Positions 1 through 11,747 of a DNA stretch of 64,000 nt are shown here, piece by piece. The notes below the pieces were generated by a model. That model did not search any database. It was not told where the DNA came from and saw only the letters and a list, made by a program, of their open reading frames with translations. This DNA comes from Terriglobia bacterium (GTDB lineage: Bacteria; Acidobacteriota; Terriglobia; 20CM-2-55-15), in NCBI GenBank assembly GCA_965198225.1, contig CBDAOY010000009.1, forward strand, positions 704,001-768,000, written 5' to 3'. The number at the start of each line of letters is the position of its first letter. Position 1 is the stretch's first letter. A program made the position numbers and the translations under genes.

Positions 1-473
1 GGAATTGTCGTGCATGCGAGCCCGGTTTGCGAAGCGCGGTTCTTTATCCGCTGAGCCTCGTCGAGGACGATTAGGTTGAACACCTCTCGCCGCCCAAAGA
101 GGTCAGCGTCGGATCGAATCTGGTCATACGTGGCGATGAGAAGCGGTATGGGGAGGAGGTACTGGGCCCCTCGGGCATTCCGACTCCCTTCAACCAACCG
201 GGCTCTTAGATCCGGTACCCAAACATCGAATTCCCGTTTCCAGTTTCGTCTCAGCGACTTGGGAACAACCAGCAGGACACGCCGCAGCAGTGCCAACTTC
301 TCCAACACGGAAATGGCAATGATGCATTGCACTGTCTTACCGAGGCCCATGTCGTCAGCCAAGAGGGCCGAATCGCGTTGGGCCAAGAAAACGACGCCGC
401 CTAGCTGATACTGGCGGAGCCCGAATGGCAGTTCCAGCGAGGAGACTGCGCGCACAATCTCGGCCTCGTTCAT
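1..473 (-). CDS. SNF2/DEAD-box-type helicase, N-terminal part (runs off the window start)
   Basis: Manual translation: LRQYQLGGV..LLADDMGLGKTVQ..LLVVPKSL..NW..EF..LIVLDEAQRIKN (SNF2 motifs I, Ia, II). AGGAG RBS before the ATG at 473. Not in the ORF track. Confidence 0.9.
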   Translation of the reverse strand, partial: MNEAEIVRAVSSLELPFGLRQYQLGGVVFLAQRDSALLADDMGLGKTVQCIIAISVLEKLALLRRVLLVVPKSLRRNWKREFDVWVPDLRARLVEGSRNARGAQYLLPIPLLIATYDQIRSDADLFGRREVFNLIVLDEAQRIKNRASQTGLACTTI

Positions 474-1145
474 TTCTCCTCTATGACTACTGCTCGCCCA
501 CACCCGTGTGGTTATGCGTTCGCTACAGTGGAACGACTCGACAGTCGGACGTAACATCGGCCAAATGATACCCGCTATTCCCTGATCGGCACACCCCATT
601 TACCCCCCACCTGTGAACCGGTTCCGATTTCTCGCACAAGAGTGCGGCTTAATCAGGGTGCCCGGCCCAGTCACGGTCTATCAGCTCCAGGACTTCAAGG
701 GCTTCCTGGACGTCGTGCTCGAGACCGTGATCGGGGCCGCCTGCACCGCCGAGACCGAGCTGCAGGTCGAGCAGGTCGTGCTCCGCATCCATGCGGACCC
801 TGAGCCGCCTCACAGCGCGACAGCCGACTTCGATCAGATGTCATTGTGATCGAACACCCTCTGAGTCCATCTTGTGTTCCCTCAACCCCTGCAACTCTCA
901 GCGATCGCCGACTGATCGCTGCCGAACCGGTTGATTGCGGTGAACGCGCCCTGCACCCTGCAGCACGAAGAGGCTCGGATAGCGGTGGATCCAGCCGACA
1001 GCGCTCCAAGGCTCAGAAGATATAGGGAAAGGCGCGAATCCGGCGGCGACTGCGCCGATATGGAGCGCCCTGAGAACAGCGCCCGCGACACCGGTTCGGG
1101 TGCCGGTCCACTGCGCCGGCTTCATGGGGACATGGCGAAGGCGTC

Positions 1146-1856
1146 TCACAGCCGCCGTGCCGCCCAGACGACGCGACCGATGACGTGGACCTCATCAGCG
1201 TTGCGTTCGTAGGTGTCGTATTCGGGATTCACCGATTTGATGATCACCTTCGGCGGCTCGGAGTGGGGCGCGTGCTCGATCCGCTTGGCGACCAGACCCA
1301 TCCCGTCCCAGATCACGAAGATGCCGGGCGGGACGGGAATGCGCTGGCCGGCATCGATCAGGATGCGGTCCCCGGCTGACAGCAGCGGCTCCATTGAATC
1401 CCCGTCGATGGCGATCATCCGGAGATCGGCCGGGCGGGCGCGGAATTCGTGCCGGATGACGGGATCGGCGAAGAACCACATCTCCCGGGTTTCCTCGAAC
1501 CCTTCGTTCACAGCCCCCGGCCCCGCCGCGGCGCGGACATCGATCTCTGGAACCGCCACGTAGCCCTCCGGCGGGCTGGCCAGCACGCTGGGCTGCATCA
1601 CTGCTCTTTCTTTGCGGGGAGCCGGCTTCGTACGCGGCTTCCGGGGCGGTGGCGTTGCGTGTTTGAGCTCTTCGGACCGACAGCCGAGATGCGCCGCCAG
1701 CGCGCCGCGGTCGTGCTCGGACAGGATCCTGGGCGTGCCGCGGTAGATGAACTGATGCAGATAGGCCGCGTTGCGGCCCATCGTGAGCGAGGCGTTCTTG
1801 AGGTCGCTGCCGCGGTCCTGGATCAACTGGAGGACCGTGAGCCGCACCGGGTCGAG
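1146..1856 (-). pseudogene. S24/LexA-cI-like repressor, copy 1, native start and promoter deleted
   Basis: Matches 12316-13026 (IDGDSMEP, LVAKRI) but lacks the initial MD codons. Confidence 0.8.
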
Positions 1857-2067
1857 GCCCCGAATCCTGCGTCTGCCGGAGGTCCGGGCCCGCACGGGCC
1901 TGTCCCGCAGCACCCTCTATCTGCGTATGGCCGAGGGCCGCTTTCCGAAGCCCATCGCACTGGGTGAGCGGGCCGTCGGCTGGATCGAGGCGGAAGTCGA
2001 TGCGTGGTTGCACCGGCAGATCGCGGCCAGCCGCCGTGCGCGTCCTCGGGGAGGACGGACCCCATGA
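1857..2067 (+). pseudogene. alpA: AlpA-family regulator, copy 1, 5'-truncated
   Basis: RILRLPEVRARTGLSRSTLY..GRFPKPIALGERAVGW; start codon lost in the deletion. Confidence 0.8.
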
Positions 2068-2136
2068 GTGCGGCGCTCGGAACCGCGGCGCTAACGGGGG
2101 CCATGGAATGATCCGGGGCCAGGAGAGGGAGAAAAC

Positions 2137-2328
2137 ATGATTCACGAAAGAGAAGAGAACGGCGAGAAATACACATCGGTCGAAACCGAGGATGAATTTT
2201 GGAAGGCGTTAAACCGTGGGAAGACGGTTGAGCTGACCTGGGAACTCGGTGAGCGGATCGGTTTGATGGAAGAGGATGTCGGCACCGTGGAAGAGATTAA
2301 CGCGGCCAGACACGACCGGCATGACTAG
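2137..2328 (+). CDS. Small acidic hypothetical protein (copy 1)
   Basis: 63 aa with GGAG RBS; same protein as 13693-13884, with synonymous differences. Confidence 0.65.
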   Translation: MIHEREENGEKYTSVETEDEFWKALNRGKTVELTWELGERIGLMEEDVGTVEEINAARHDRHD

Positions 2329-2345
2329 AGAAACGGAGGGGCTGC

Positions 2346-2660
2346 ATGGAGAAAAAGACGTTCTGGCAGCGTAGCGAGGACTACGCGAGGAAAGTGAGCG
2401 GGGAGATCATCGAGCAGATCAAGGCGGGGGTTGCGCCGTGGCAGAAGCCGTGGAAGCCGGGGGAGGCGATCAGCGCCGAGAACTTCTCGACGGGCCAGAA
2501 GTACACGGGCGGCAACAGCCTTTATCTCATGAGCCGCGCGATCCGTGACGGACGGGGCGACAACCGTTGGGGCACCTACAACCAGATCCAGGCGGCGGGG
2601 GGACAGGTTCGCAGAGGCGAGAAAGGGACGAGGGTCTTGTTTTTCAAGGACCGGACGGCG
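2346..2660 (+). pseudogene. ardC: ArdC antirestriction/ssDNA-binding protein, N-terminal fragment
   Basis: GVAPWQKPW..YTGGNSLYL..WGTYNQIQAAGGQVRRGEKG; identity to copy 2 stops at 2660. Confidence 0.85.
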
Positions 2661-2718
2661 CGCGCGTTGAATGATGGAACCAGCAATAGCTGTTCCTCCC
2701 GGAGTTGTTTCTTGAGCG

Positions 2719-2838
2719 CATCCTACTCCGATCTCGCTGACCTACAGGGCACCCGAAGAACGCTTCAACGGCCCTGAAAACGTACACCTCCTGGGAATGA
2801 TGAATACGGCGGACCGCTCGCTGGCCATAAATTTCGGG
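2719..2838 (+). pseudogene. McrB-like AAA+ GTPase remnant
   Basis: Manual translation ISLTYRAPEERFNGPENVHLLGMMNTADRSLAI contains the McrB NTAD signature. Confidence 0.7.
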
Positions 2839-2839
2839 A

Positions 2840-2883
2840 GGTGATTATGTACTTGACGCTATAGTGTCAAGTACATAATCACC
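2840..2883. repeat. 44-bp palindrome resembling two fused IS1595-family terminal inverted repeats
   Basis: GGTGATTATGTACTTGAC-gctatagt-GTCAAGTACATAATCACC; perfect 18-bp arms. Confidence 0.75.
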
Positions 2884-3121
2884 AAAATCTTCATAGGGAT
2901 AGGGAACCATACGGCCTCGCGGGATCGTCGGCTCCACGCATTTAGCGAGCCCTGGCAGTCAACAAACTACCAGCAGGCGTTGCAAGCGATTGCTTAAATC
3001 GTTGGTGGGCTTGGGCTACGGGACTGTCTGAACCGTAAGCGGTGTGATCCTGATCTCGAGCTTCGAGATCCTGATTGCATGGCCGGCCTCGCGCCTGCGT
3101 GGCAGGTATACTTGAAGTGGG

Positions 3122-3400
3122 ATGCAGTTCGAATGGAACCCCGAAAAGGATCAACAGAACCAAGTCAAACACGGTGTCTCGTTCGCGGAAGCATCGACAG
3201 TTTTCGGAGATCAATTTGCATTGACCATCGATGATCCAGAGCACTCAGTGGCAGAGAATCGATTTCTAACAACTGGGTATTCTAATCGTCAGCGGCTCAT
3301 CATTGTCGCGCATACAGACCGCGACGACGGAATACGCCTTATCAATGCCCGAGATGTGACCGCGACAGAACGGAGCGTTTATGAAGAAGACCCGAGATAA
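3122..3400 (+). CDS. brnT: BrnT-family type II toxin (RNase)
   Basis: MQFEWNPEKDQQNQVKHGVSFAEASTVF..ENRFLTTG..IRLINAR. Confidence 0.92.
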   Translation: MQFEWNPEKDQQNQVKHGVSFAEASTVFGDQFALTIDDPEHSVAENRFLTTGYSNRQRLIIVAHTDRDDGIRLINARDVTATERSVYEEDPR

Positions 3401-3611
3401 GAAACCTGCCGGTGATGAAATGAGACCTGAGTACAACCTCCGAGGCGGTGTCCGGGGTAAATACTACGAGCGCTACAAGCAGGGGAGCAACGTAGTGCTG
3501 CTTGAGCCTGACATGGCAAAATTATTCCAGGACTCGGCGACGGTCAATGAGACGCTTCGTCGCTATCTCTCCGAACACGGAACGCCGCCCGAACGAAAAG
3601 GGACAGGCTAA
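3381..3611 (+). CDS. BrnA-like antitoxin
   Basis: Overlaps brnT; DEMRPEYNLRGGVRGKYY..VLLEPD..VNETLR. Confidence 0.8.
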   Translation: MKKTRDKKPAGDEMRPEYNLRGGVRGKYYERYKQGSNVVLLEPDMAKLFQDSATVNETLRRYLSEHGTPPERKGTG

Positions 3612-3914
3612 CACGACGCTGAAGCTGGCAGTCCGTTGGCTAGTCAGACACGAGAACGAATGTGGCACCGGCACGACGCACCTGGCCACAGGACTGTGAG
3701 TGGACGCTTGCCCGCAGAAGAAGCGCGTGCGCTTCACGACTGTCCAGCGTCAACCATTCTTTCCCTGATAGTTGTCGTCATTGCCATCCCCTTCGCGGCG
3801 TGGATACATGATGGCGAACACCGGCACGCCGAAGGCTTCCGCCTCTCGAACGGTGGTGCTGAGGGTCCTCAGCATGTCCCCCTCATGCCGGCTTGTTACG
3901 TTTACATGTACTGC

Positions 3915-5130
3915 CACTGATGTCCGGACGTAGAAGGGTTAGAGCCCAGTAAGTGTTTGATTGGGAATGAATAAGTCATGGTTTTGTTTGGTCTCGATTT
4001 GAAACGTTGCTCATCGATTTGCGACCCTGCGAGGAACTCAATCGCGGGAGGCATCGATGAACCTGGGAAAGCTGGTGTTCGCGCAAGTCACACAACATCT
4101 GCCGCTGACAACGTTTCGGCGGTGCGTGGCCCGGTACGCCGGAGAGCGCAAGGTCAAGAGCTTTTCCTGCCTCGATCAATATCTGTGCATGGCGTTCGCT
4201 CAACTGACGTATCGGGAAAGTCTGCGCGACATCGAAGCGTGTCTGCGAGCGCAAGAAAGCAAGCTGTACCACATGGGCATTCAAAGCCGAGTGTCGCGCA
4301 GCACGCTTGCCGATGCCAACGAAGTGCGCGACTGGCGTATCTACGCCGACTTTGCGCAGTCTCTGATCCGTATGGCTCGGCGTTTGTATGCGGACGAACC
4401 GTTTGGAGTCGATCTGAAAGAGACGGTCTACGCCTTGGATGCCAGTACCATCGACTTGTGTCTCTCGGTGTTTTCCTGGGCACCGTTTCGTTCGGCCAAA
4501 GCGGCGATCAAACTGCACACGCTCTTGGACCTGCGCGGCAATATCCCTTCGTTCCTGCACATCAGCGACGGCAAACTTCACGACGTGAATGTTCTGGACC
4601 TGTTGCGGCCCGAACCCGGGGCCTTCTACATCATGGACCGTGCCTACATCGACTTCCGTCGGCTCTACGGTCTTCACCAGGCAGGCAGCTTCTTTGTGGC
4701 GCGCGCCAAGTCCAATCTCAAAGCCCGGCGCCGCTATTCTCATACCGTCGATCGGAATACCGGATTGATCGCCGATCAGACCATCATGCTGACTGGCTTC
4801 TACACGCGTCAACACTTCGGCGCGCCATTGCGCCGCATCCGATTCAAGGATCCCGAAACAGAAAAACGGTTGGTGTTCCTGACCAACAACTTCACGCTGC
4901 CGGCAATCACTATCACCGAGCTTTATCGATGCCGGTGGCAGGTCGAGCTGTTCTTCAAATGGATCAAGCAGCATCTTCGTATCAAAGTTTTCTTTGGGAC
5001 TTCCGAGAACGCAGTCAAAACTCAAGTGTGGATCGCTGTCTCCATTTACCTGCTGGTCGCTATCGTGAAAAAACGACTCCACATCACAGCCAGCTTGTAT
5101 GAAATGCTACAGATTCTGAGCCTGACCATG
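3915..5130 (+). mobile_element. IS4-family element (DUF4372 + DDE transposase 4057-~5130), right end lost
   Basis: AFAQLTYRESLRDIE, ALDASTI, IMDRAY, YRCRWQVELFFKWIKQHL. Left end CACTGATGTCCGG. Joins the IS21 fragment at ~5130. Confidence 0.88.
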
Positions 5131-6242
5131 CCGTTTCGTATCGGTTGGCGGGCAACGGCTGTAAGGCCGGTCGGTCGAGCCGTTCAAACAGCTCTTTCCG
5201 GGATGCCCGGAGTTGTTGCATCGGCTTCTGGTTCAGCTCCACCAGCCACTCGCCGATGGCCGTGTTCAACGCCCCCAGACTGAAGAAGGTGCGATTGCGA
5301 AGCCGCGCCAGGATCCAGCGCTGGGCGATGAGGACCCCAGCCTCGACTTTCGCCTTATCCCGGGCCTTTGTAGGGTCGGGCCGGAATGACCACGGCCCCG
5401 TAGTGAGAGGCGGCCTCCTGATAGGTGCGGTGGATGCCCGGTTCGTACCGGCAGGGCACGGTCACGCCGCTCTTGAGTTGGTCCGGGACCCAGATCCGGG
5501 CTGAGCCGCCGAAGAACTCCACCATGCGGTTGTGCGCGCCGATCCAATCGGGGAGTTGTTGGCTCGGCAATGCCTCGGCATAGGTGTAGTTGCTGGCGCC
5601 CAGCACGGCCACGAACAGCTCTGCGGCCACGGCGTCACCGGTCCGAGGGTTCCTCCAGTGCGGCCGTTTCCCGGAGAAGTCGATGAAAATCTTCTCCCCG
5701 GCCCGATGCACCTGCCGCATGGAGGGCTTCAGTGTCTTGGCCCAGTTCCGGTAGATCTCACAGAACCGGCTGTACCCGTATCCGTCCGGATGGGTTTCCC
5801 GGTACTCTTCCCAGAGCAGATGCAGGGTGACGCCGACCCGCTTCAACTCCTGGTGGATGTGCCCCAGATCCGGCCGCACGCGGGCTCGAGAACTCGATCC
5901 CGCCGGCGGAAACAACCGCCCTTCCAGCGCCATATCGTCCAGGGCCTCGGGCAGAGGCCATTCCAGCCCCGCCCGCCGGGCGCGTCCCAGATACTCGGAA
6001 ACGGTTCCCAGGCCCACCCGGCAGGCGCCGGCGATGGCCCGATGGCTGAGTTGCTGCTCGTACTTGAGTCGTAGAATCTCGCGTATGTCTCTCATCGGTA
6101 GTCGTTTCGTTGCCATCAAATCCTCCTCTGCGTGCAGGAGAACCCAGCGGCTCTAAACTTCGCTACCGACAAGTGTTCACGATCGTCGGAATCCGCGTTC
6201 AGGATGCTCGGAATCCGTGTTCAGGATGGAGTGGAATACGCA
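5128..6242 (-). mobile_element. istA: IS21-family element: left end plus frameshifted, truncated istA (6119 to ~5130); istB absent
   Basis: [36 protein letters not shown]. End TGCGTATTCC at 6242 with three ~22-bp internal repeats (6174-6242). Confidence 0.88.
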
Positions 6243-6390
6243 CCTTTCCACACTCGACGTTCAGATCAGGTCCCGAAAGTCCGACAGGCTGCTAGTGGAT
6301 TACTTGCAGATGGGGTTACGGTAGCATCGATGACCCGACGACGACTTGAAGCGGGCCATTTGCGGAGGTTATTGAAGTGGAGGCAGCGGA

Positions 6391-6690
6391 ATGGAATATT
6401 TCTCTATAACCAAGACAGATGCAGGAATCCAGATCGAGGGTTTTCCCGACGCGGCAAAGGTCATTCGGATAGATGGATCTCAAACGAAGCGACTTGCAGC
6501 ATTGTTTCTGCACGAAACCGATCTGGCGTTTGCCGCTGAATGTTTGGAGATGATAAATCAGGTGCCGGATGAACCGCCCGTTTTCAGACAAATGCTGTGG
6601 TGGGCTGCAATCTTTCACTACATAAAATGCTTCGGCAGATCGGCCACCCTCTCCGTTTTTATTTATTTTAAACCATTCTATGTCAATTAG
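6391..6690 (+). pseudogene. Hypothetical protein, probably truncated, possibly HEPN-like
   Basis: GGAGG RBS; helical DLAFAAECL..AAIFHYIKCF, then runs into an AT-rich segment. Confidence 0.35.
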
Positions 6691-6944
6691 ATAAAATTAA
6701 AATATCGACTCCGCCCCTCATTTAGACCCACTTTTTTTATTAGATCTTACTCGACCCCTTTGGACATCGAACAGACCTGATCGGGCCGTGTGGGGCTACA
6801 GTCTTGCAGTAGCCATGCCGATGGGTCCGTATTGAGGCCGACGCGTTTCTGCGTGTCCGAAAGATCGGGGGATGGGGTGCGATCTCGATCGCATGGAATG
6901 CTTGCCAATCCGCATACGCCGCCGCGTTGGCCTCGACATCGGAA

Positions 6945-6991
6945 GACCCCAGGTCCGCGAACACGTTACCGCTACCACGTTCGAACTTCAT
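6945..6991 (-). pseudogene. N-terminal remnant of an XRE/HigA-like antitoxin
   Basis: MKFERGSGNVFADLG motif only. Confidence 0.5.
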
Positions 6992-7044
6992 TGATGATCT
7001 TCAGCGGCCGGCCTGTCGTGTGTTCGCCTTGGCTCACTGGCTCC

Positions 7045-7346
7045 CGTGGATAGTCCGAGGTCTCGCTCAAGGTCCTCAATGTCGTATTGGGCAGACACCT
7101 TTCTGGCGCGGGCATAGTCCATCATCTCCCACATAGACACTCCGGCATTTCGAGCTGCCCGTGCGAGCGTGAGCTTTCCATCACCTTACTGCCGGACGTA
7201 GTGCTCCAACTTCCATTGCTGCATCGCTTGCGAGAGCATCTACGCACAGTGGTTGAGCGATCAGACTGCTCAATATCCCCGATAAGCTCCAGTTCACGCA
7301 CCAATTCCGGGGAGAGCCGGGCACCCACCATCTGTTCTTTCTTCAT
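7045..7346 (-). pseudogene. UPF0175-family antitoxin, frameshifted with an internal stop
   Basis: MKKEQMVGARLS..DRSTTVRR / GKLTLARAARNAGVSMWEMMDY..AQYDIEDLERDL. Confidence 0.7.
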
Positions 7347-7755
7347 CTCTTCGCCTCCCGCGCGAGTCTTAATATTTCCGCTACGACGGCTGGGGAGATC
7401 CACAAGATTTGAGTAAGATTCCGAAGCGTGACCTCCAATTCTCCCAAGTCAAGGTGTTTTCGCAAGTACGCTTCCAACAACGTACCCGCGGTACCCAAGT
7501 GTTCTATTCTGGAAGCCGCGGCCACGCTCCGGGCCTCCTTGTCGTCTACAATCAGTCGGAGGTGCCTCACTCTCGCGAGTGCGACGGCTTCGGCTTCCTC
7601 TGGTCCAGCCGGGAGCGTTCCGTCAGACGTTGCATCAGGTGTACGTCGTCAGAGTAATTCGGATCTCTTCCCATACGTTCTCGGTCGCGTCGCATGAAGA
7701 GCCACCTGCTGCTCGGGTCCTCATGGATTTCTGTAACAGCTTCGGCTGGCTTCAT
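7343..7755 (-). pseudogene. DUF3368-type PIN protein, degraded
   Basis: EAEAVALARE..LIVDDKEARSVA..HLGTAGTLLEAY; start overlaps the upstream stop codon (TGATG). Confidence 0.7.
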
Positions 7756-10700
7756 CAGCGTAGAGGCCTCTTCTTATTGGCTGCGAGCCACGCATCAATA
7801 GTTTGATTGGCTGCAGTTTCTCCTAGTACATTCAGTCCGAAGATGCGAGGCAGTACCTTTTTCAAGGCCAGTATTCCAACGAACCCGTCCTTCTTATTGG
7901 ACAAGTGATCCAGCATTCGAAGCGTAACTGCGTTTTCTGGATCGAGAAGCAGCTCTTCCTTGTAAAGCAGCGGTAAAAATGCCGCCGCAAACTGGACGGC
8001 CGTTTTGATATCGATAGAATCATGTTCCAGCGATGCGAGTGCTTGGGCAAACGGCCATTCATCCACCTTCCAGCGTGCCAAATCTCCCGCATACCTTAAG
8101 ATTTGAGGATTCATGCTGGTGAAAAAGTATCCGAATCCCACCAGTCTTGCGCTGACATCAAAGTACACTTCCGGCTCCATAGCTCCGGAGTCAGCCTTTG
8201 CCCCAACAACCACTTGCGTCCACACGCGCTTGACTCCGTATTCCTGGCGTGCGAGGACCGCTTGAATATGGTCATCGGTCCAAAGAACCGTTCTGGGAAC
8301 CGAAGCAAGCACAATGGACTCAGCCCCGTGCTGGCCAAACGCCTTAATTAGTGTGTTCCGTTCTTCTGGTTCCATAGCTGCCAGCGCTGTACTGGGAGTG
8401 ATTCTGCACTTTTTCTCGATTACGCTAATTAGCTCACTGACTTTCTCTATATACTTGCGGCTTTTTTCGGGCGAGTTCTCGACCATCTGAAATCCACTTT
8501 CGCTCTTCACTAAAACGCCACTTTCTCTGCTTTCCAATCTCACTTGGGTCGCGAACATCTGGCGCAACTTACTGACTGTGCTTTGAGACACAATGATGTC
8601 GCCAGACCATGCATCAAGGATTTCCAGGCGGTCCAGGAGGAACAACGAGCCAATCGCGCTCATCTCCAGAACAACGGTATTGCTGGAGCGCAGAGCACGC
8701 GCGGCCTCCGTTCGCTCGTCTGTAGAACCAGTACAACACCTGACAGAAACATCCGATTGGAACGCTAGGTGCTGCATGGCTTCGAACACGTTCGTTCCCA
8801 AATGCTCGGCCACAATATGAACAGGTACCGGCTGCGACTCATAAAGCTGATTTGTTTTGACGACATCCTCAAACCGCTGGTCGACCGATCGCTGGATTAC
8901 ACTGAAGTCTAGGTTCTCCAGACCTGACTCGTCTACTTTCGCTCCAATGTTGACCATCTGGATGTCACGAGTTCCAGGAAAACGGACCTGCCATTGCCCC
9001 ATGCAGTCTTGGTAACGGTAGACATATTTGCTGAGAATCTCTTTTATTTCAGCCGTGCGATCCTGCACCCCTTCGGCCAGAATGAACTGTTCGCCAACTT
9101 TCTTGCCGAGCATCTGTTGGCAGGTTGGATGGTCCAACGCAAACTCGTTCAGCCTTGCGTCCGGATTCTCCGAATCCTCAATGATGATCCATCGATACGT
9201 TTGCTCCCTATTCTCGAGATAGCAGACCGCAGCACCGACTTCAGCTATCTCGGGCTTCGAGATTTCAGGATCAGGATTAAAGGGAGCGAGTGCTGCAAGA
9301 AACGTCCTGTGTGCCCAGATATCGTCGAAGTGCCGCCGCAAAAGTTCGTATGCATATCGGACTGCTTGCATTGGATCTGTACACCGCAACACCTGAACGG
9401 CCAGAAGTCCGGTCCGAGGATCTACCTCGTCAACCGAAGGTAAACGTGAAGGGTCCCTTTCGATAAGCTCAGACCGATCAAGTTGAAGTCCCAGGAGTGA
9501 GAGGCGGAGAGTCAGCTTAGGATCGCCAGATACAGCAATCTGCTGCTTCAGAAGCTCTATCGCCGACTCGTTGTCGTATATTTCCAGCAGTTCCAGTTCA
9601 TATTCCAGCGTTTCCCTGTCAACCACGCCCGCCTCCCGTAGAGTACGGAAGGTCGCCAACATTATGTCGTGCCGCTCCAGTCTGCTGGCACACTCCAGCA
9701 ACCGACGCGTATCAGTGTTCAACACCGAGGGCACAGCCACGCGTTGCCACAAAGCCAGTGCATCCTTGTAGCGTCCTAGTTCGGATAATTCCACTGCCAG
9801 TCTTCTAATATCGTGAAGAGAGGTATTCTCAGAAAGTGTTTCCCGGGCCTGATCCGCACTCGACGATGCCTTCTCCGAATCGCCAGCAAGCCGATGGAAT
9901 TTAGCCCACAGAGTCGACATTCCAACCTTGGACACAGTATCCGCTGGCAGTTCGTTGAGGAGCGAGTGCCCTCTCCCGCATGAATTCGACTGTCTTTGCT
10001 AAAAGCATCTAAACCGACTTCAATTACGTGCTCCCTGAAATCCGGCGTCATGTCGTCTCGTTCTTTTGCCAGCGCCCTGCACAGTTCTGATGCGTCTCGG
10101 TAGTCGCCAGAACTCCCACGTTCCATCAAAAGCGTCGCAAGCATCATCTGAGCGTTGGAATGCATGCTTGCTGTTGGCACGCGCCGCAGGATTTCAATCG
10201 CGCCCCGCGCATCACCCCGGAGCCAGTGGGACTGAGCATACGCAATCAGCACATTGGGGTTTTCGGGAAGCAGTCGAAACGCTTCATCGATATCCGCGCA
10301 TGCCTCCTCTTCCAAGCCGAGGAAAATATTGATCCCGCTCCGGTTAAGAAGAGCTTCTACGAGTCGTATGCTAGACTTCTCCGTCCTAGCGTGCGAGACA
10401 GCCGTAGAAAATGAAGCTTGAGCCTCCAAGGTCTTCGCTCTATCGTAGTAGTCATTGTTAAAGCCATATGCCATCCAGCTTTGACTTTTTTCCTGTTCAA
10501 AAATAACTACGCCGAGTGCGCTCCACGTGACTGACCATGTTGGACTTGATTTTGTGGCCGCGCGGGCGTACTTTTCGGCCGTTACGAGATCCCCGCCGTC
10601 CATTGCTCTAAACGCTAAGGAGACCGCAGCCTCGCCCTCCACGGCGACGTTGGTCGGTATTGCGGCCTCCAGATCACTAAACGTCATCGTGTCTGGGGCG

Positions 10701-11587
10701 TTCCGTACCCATATCCCGAATAGCCGCTCAGATGTTGGGTGCTTTTCCCTCAACTTGTCAGCGACGGTGAACGCTTTGTCACGCTCACCGAAAATCTGGT
10801 GAGCCAGCGCCTCGTTCACCCGTGCCTTCTCATCGTCCGGCTGGCAGATCTTTGCTTCTAGAAACAACTCAGCTGATCGCTTCCAGTCATCTTGGCCCAT
10901 AGCCACTACAGCCAGACAGGTCAGCAGCCGAAATCTATGCCGCTCTGTAAGTTGCGACCAGCGCCGAGTGCGCATTCGCTGAAGCAGCAGTTTGGCCAAC
11001 TGATAATCGCGACTATCTATGCGGTCTTGAGCCTCGTCTATCTCTTGGTGAAACTGGTCTTCCCTTTCCTCTGCAGGTCGGGTCTCCAAACGCACTTCGA
11101 TATTATTGAGTTGCATTCCTATCTGGGCGACGGACCTTGCAGATAGTCCGCCCTCATATCCATCCCGAACTGCCGGATATTGATCAAGCAGTTCCTCGAT
11201 GCGATTCCATGTCATTAACTGGACTTCAAATAAGCGTTCTTGTCGGTGTCGGCGGTTAATCGCCATTACCGTCTTATGTGCATCCCTGTTTCCCTTCGCG
11301 GTTGTAAGAATTACGTAGAGATCGAGTGGCGGTGTGAATTCTCGAGCCTTGGCAACTTCATCTTCGATCTCTCTGGATGTAATTGGCTTGCTGTCCTTGT
11401 GTAGTTTGCATTGGGCAGCCCGTAGCGGCTCCTTCCCACTGAGGTCTATGATGTCTATCCCTTCTTGGGCGCCACCAGGTGTCGAATACCTCTCGAGTTG
11501 ATCACATTCCCAGTGGGCTCTCAGTAGGTTTGCAGAGAGGATCTCGAAATCCTCTGGATTAGTCGGTTTGGGATGACTCTTTCGCAT
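7755..11587 (-). CDS. Large putative defence protein: Mrr-like REase + TPR + GreA/GreB-C + PIN (one frameshift near 9965)
   Basis: N-terminal PTNPEDFE..QEGIDI..AAQCK; TPR helices; ALDHPTCQQMLGKKVGEQF; C-terminal VVLEMSA..IIVSQST..VLWTDD. Joins ORFs 9776-11794 and 7755-9935. Confidence 0.78.
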
Positions 11588-11614
11588 ATTTCGTTCCTCG
11601 CTGGATGCACTGAG

Positions 11615-11745
11615 TGGACTTACCCCGCCTTCGTGGACAGTTTCATAGTTGGGTTTCAAGTTTTGACTTGAAAGCGCTGCTCGTAGCGGGCCGGTGACAG
11701 ATAGTTCAGTAACGAATGCCGGCGCTGGGAATTGTACCGAATCGA
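11615..11745 (-). mobile_element. IS3-family 3' remnant with right inverted repeat
   Basis: RRHSLLNYLSPARYE and terminal TGTCCACGAAGGCGGGGTAAGTCCA. Confidence 0.75.
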
Positions 11746-11747
11746 CG

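Larger units (their letters stand above)
1039..2660. repeat. Variant direct-repeat copy of 12209-14215 (repressor-alpA-orf-ardC 5'), lacking 13027-13412
   Basis: Near-identical sequence with scattered SNPs. Deletion junction gtcgag|gccccgaat at 1856/1857. Confidence 0.92.

Noticed and set aside
3606-3745. attC-like start (GGCTAACACGACGCTGAAGCTGGC) right after brnA, suggesting an integron cassette
   Set aside because: No complementary L'/R' (GTTRRRY) half was found, and the 61834-62724 recombinase belongs to the IS91-like element. At most a half-site relic.
6174-6242. Three ~22-bp direct repeats resembling a mini CRISPR or iterons
   Set aside because: There are no spacers; they are the standard multiple terminal repeats of IS21.
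6650-6770. AT-rich patch as a possible origin or element end
   Set aside because: No repeats or recognisable IR; cannot be assigned.
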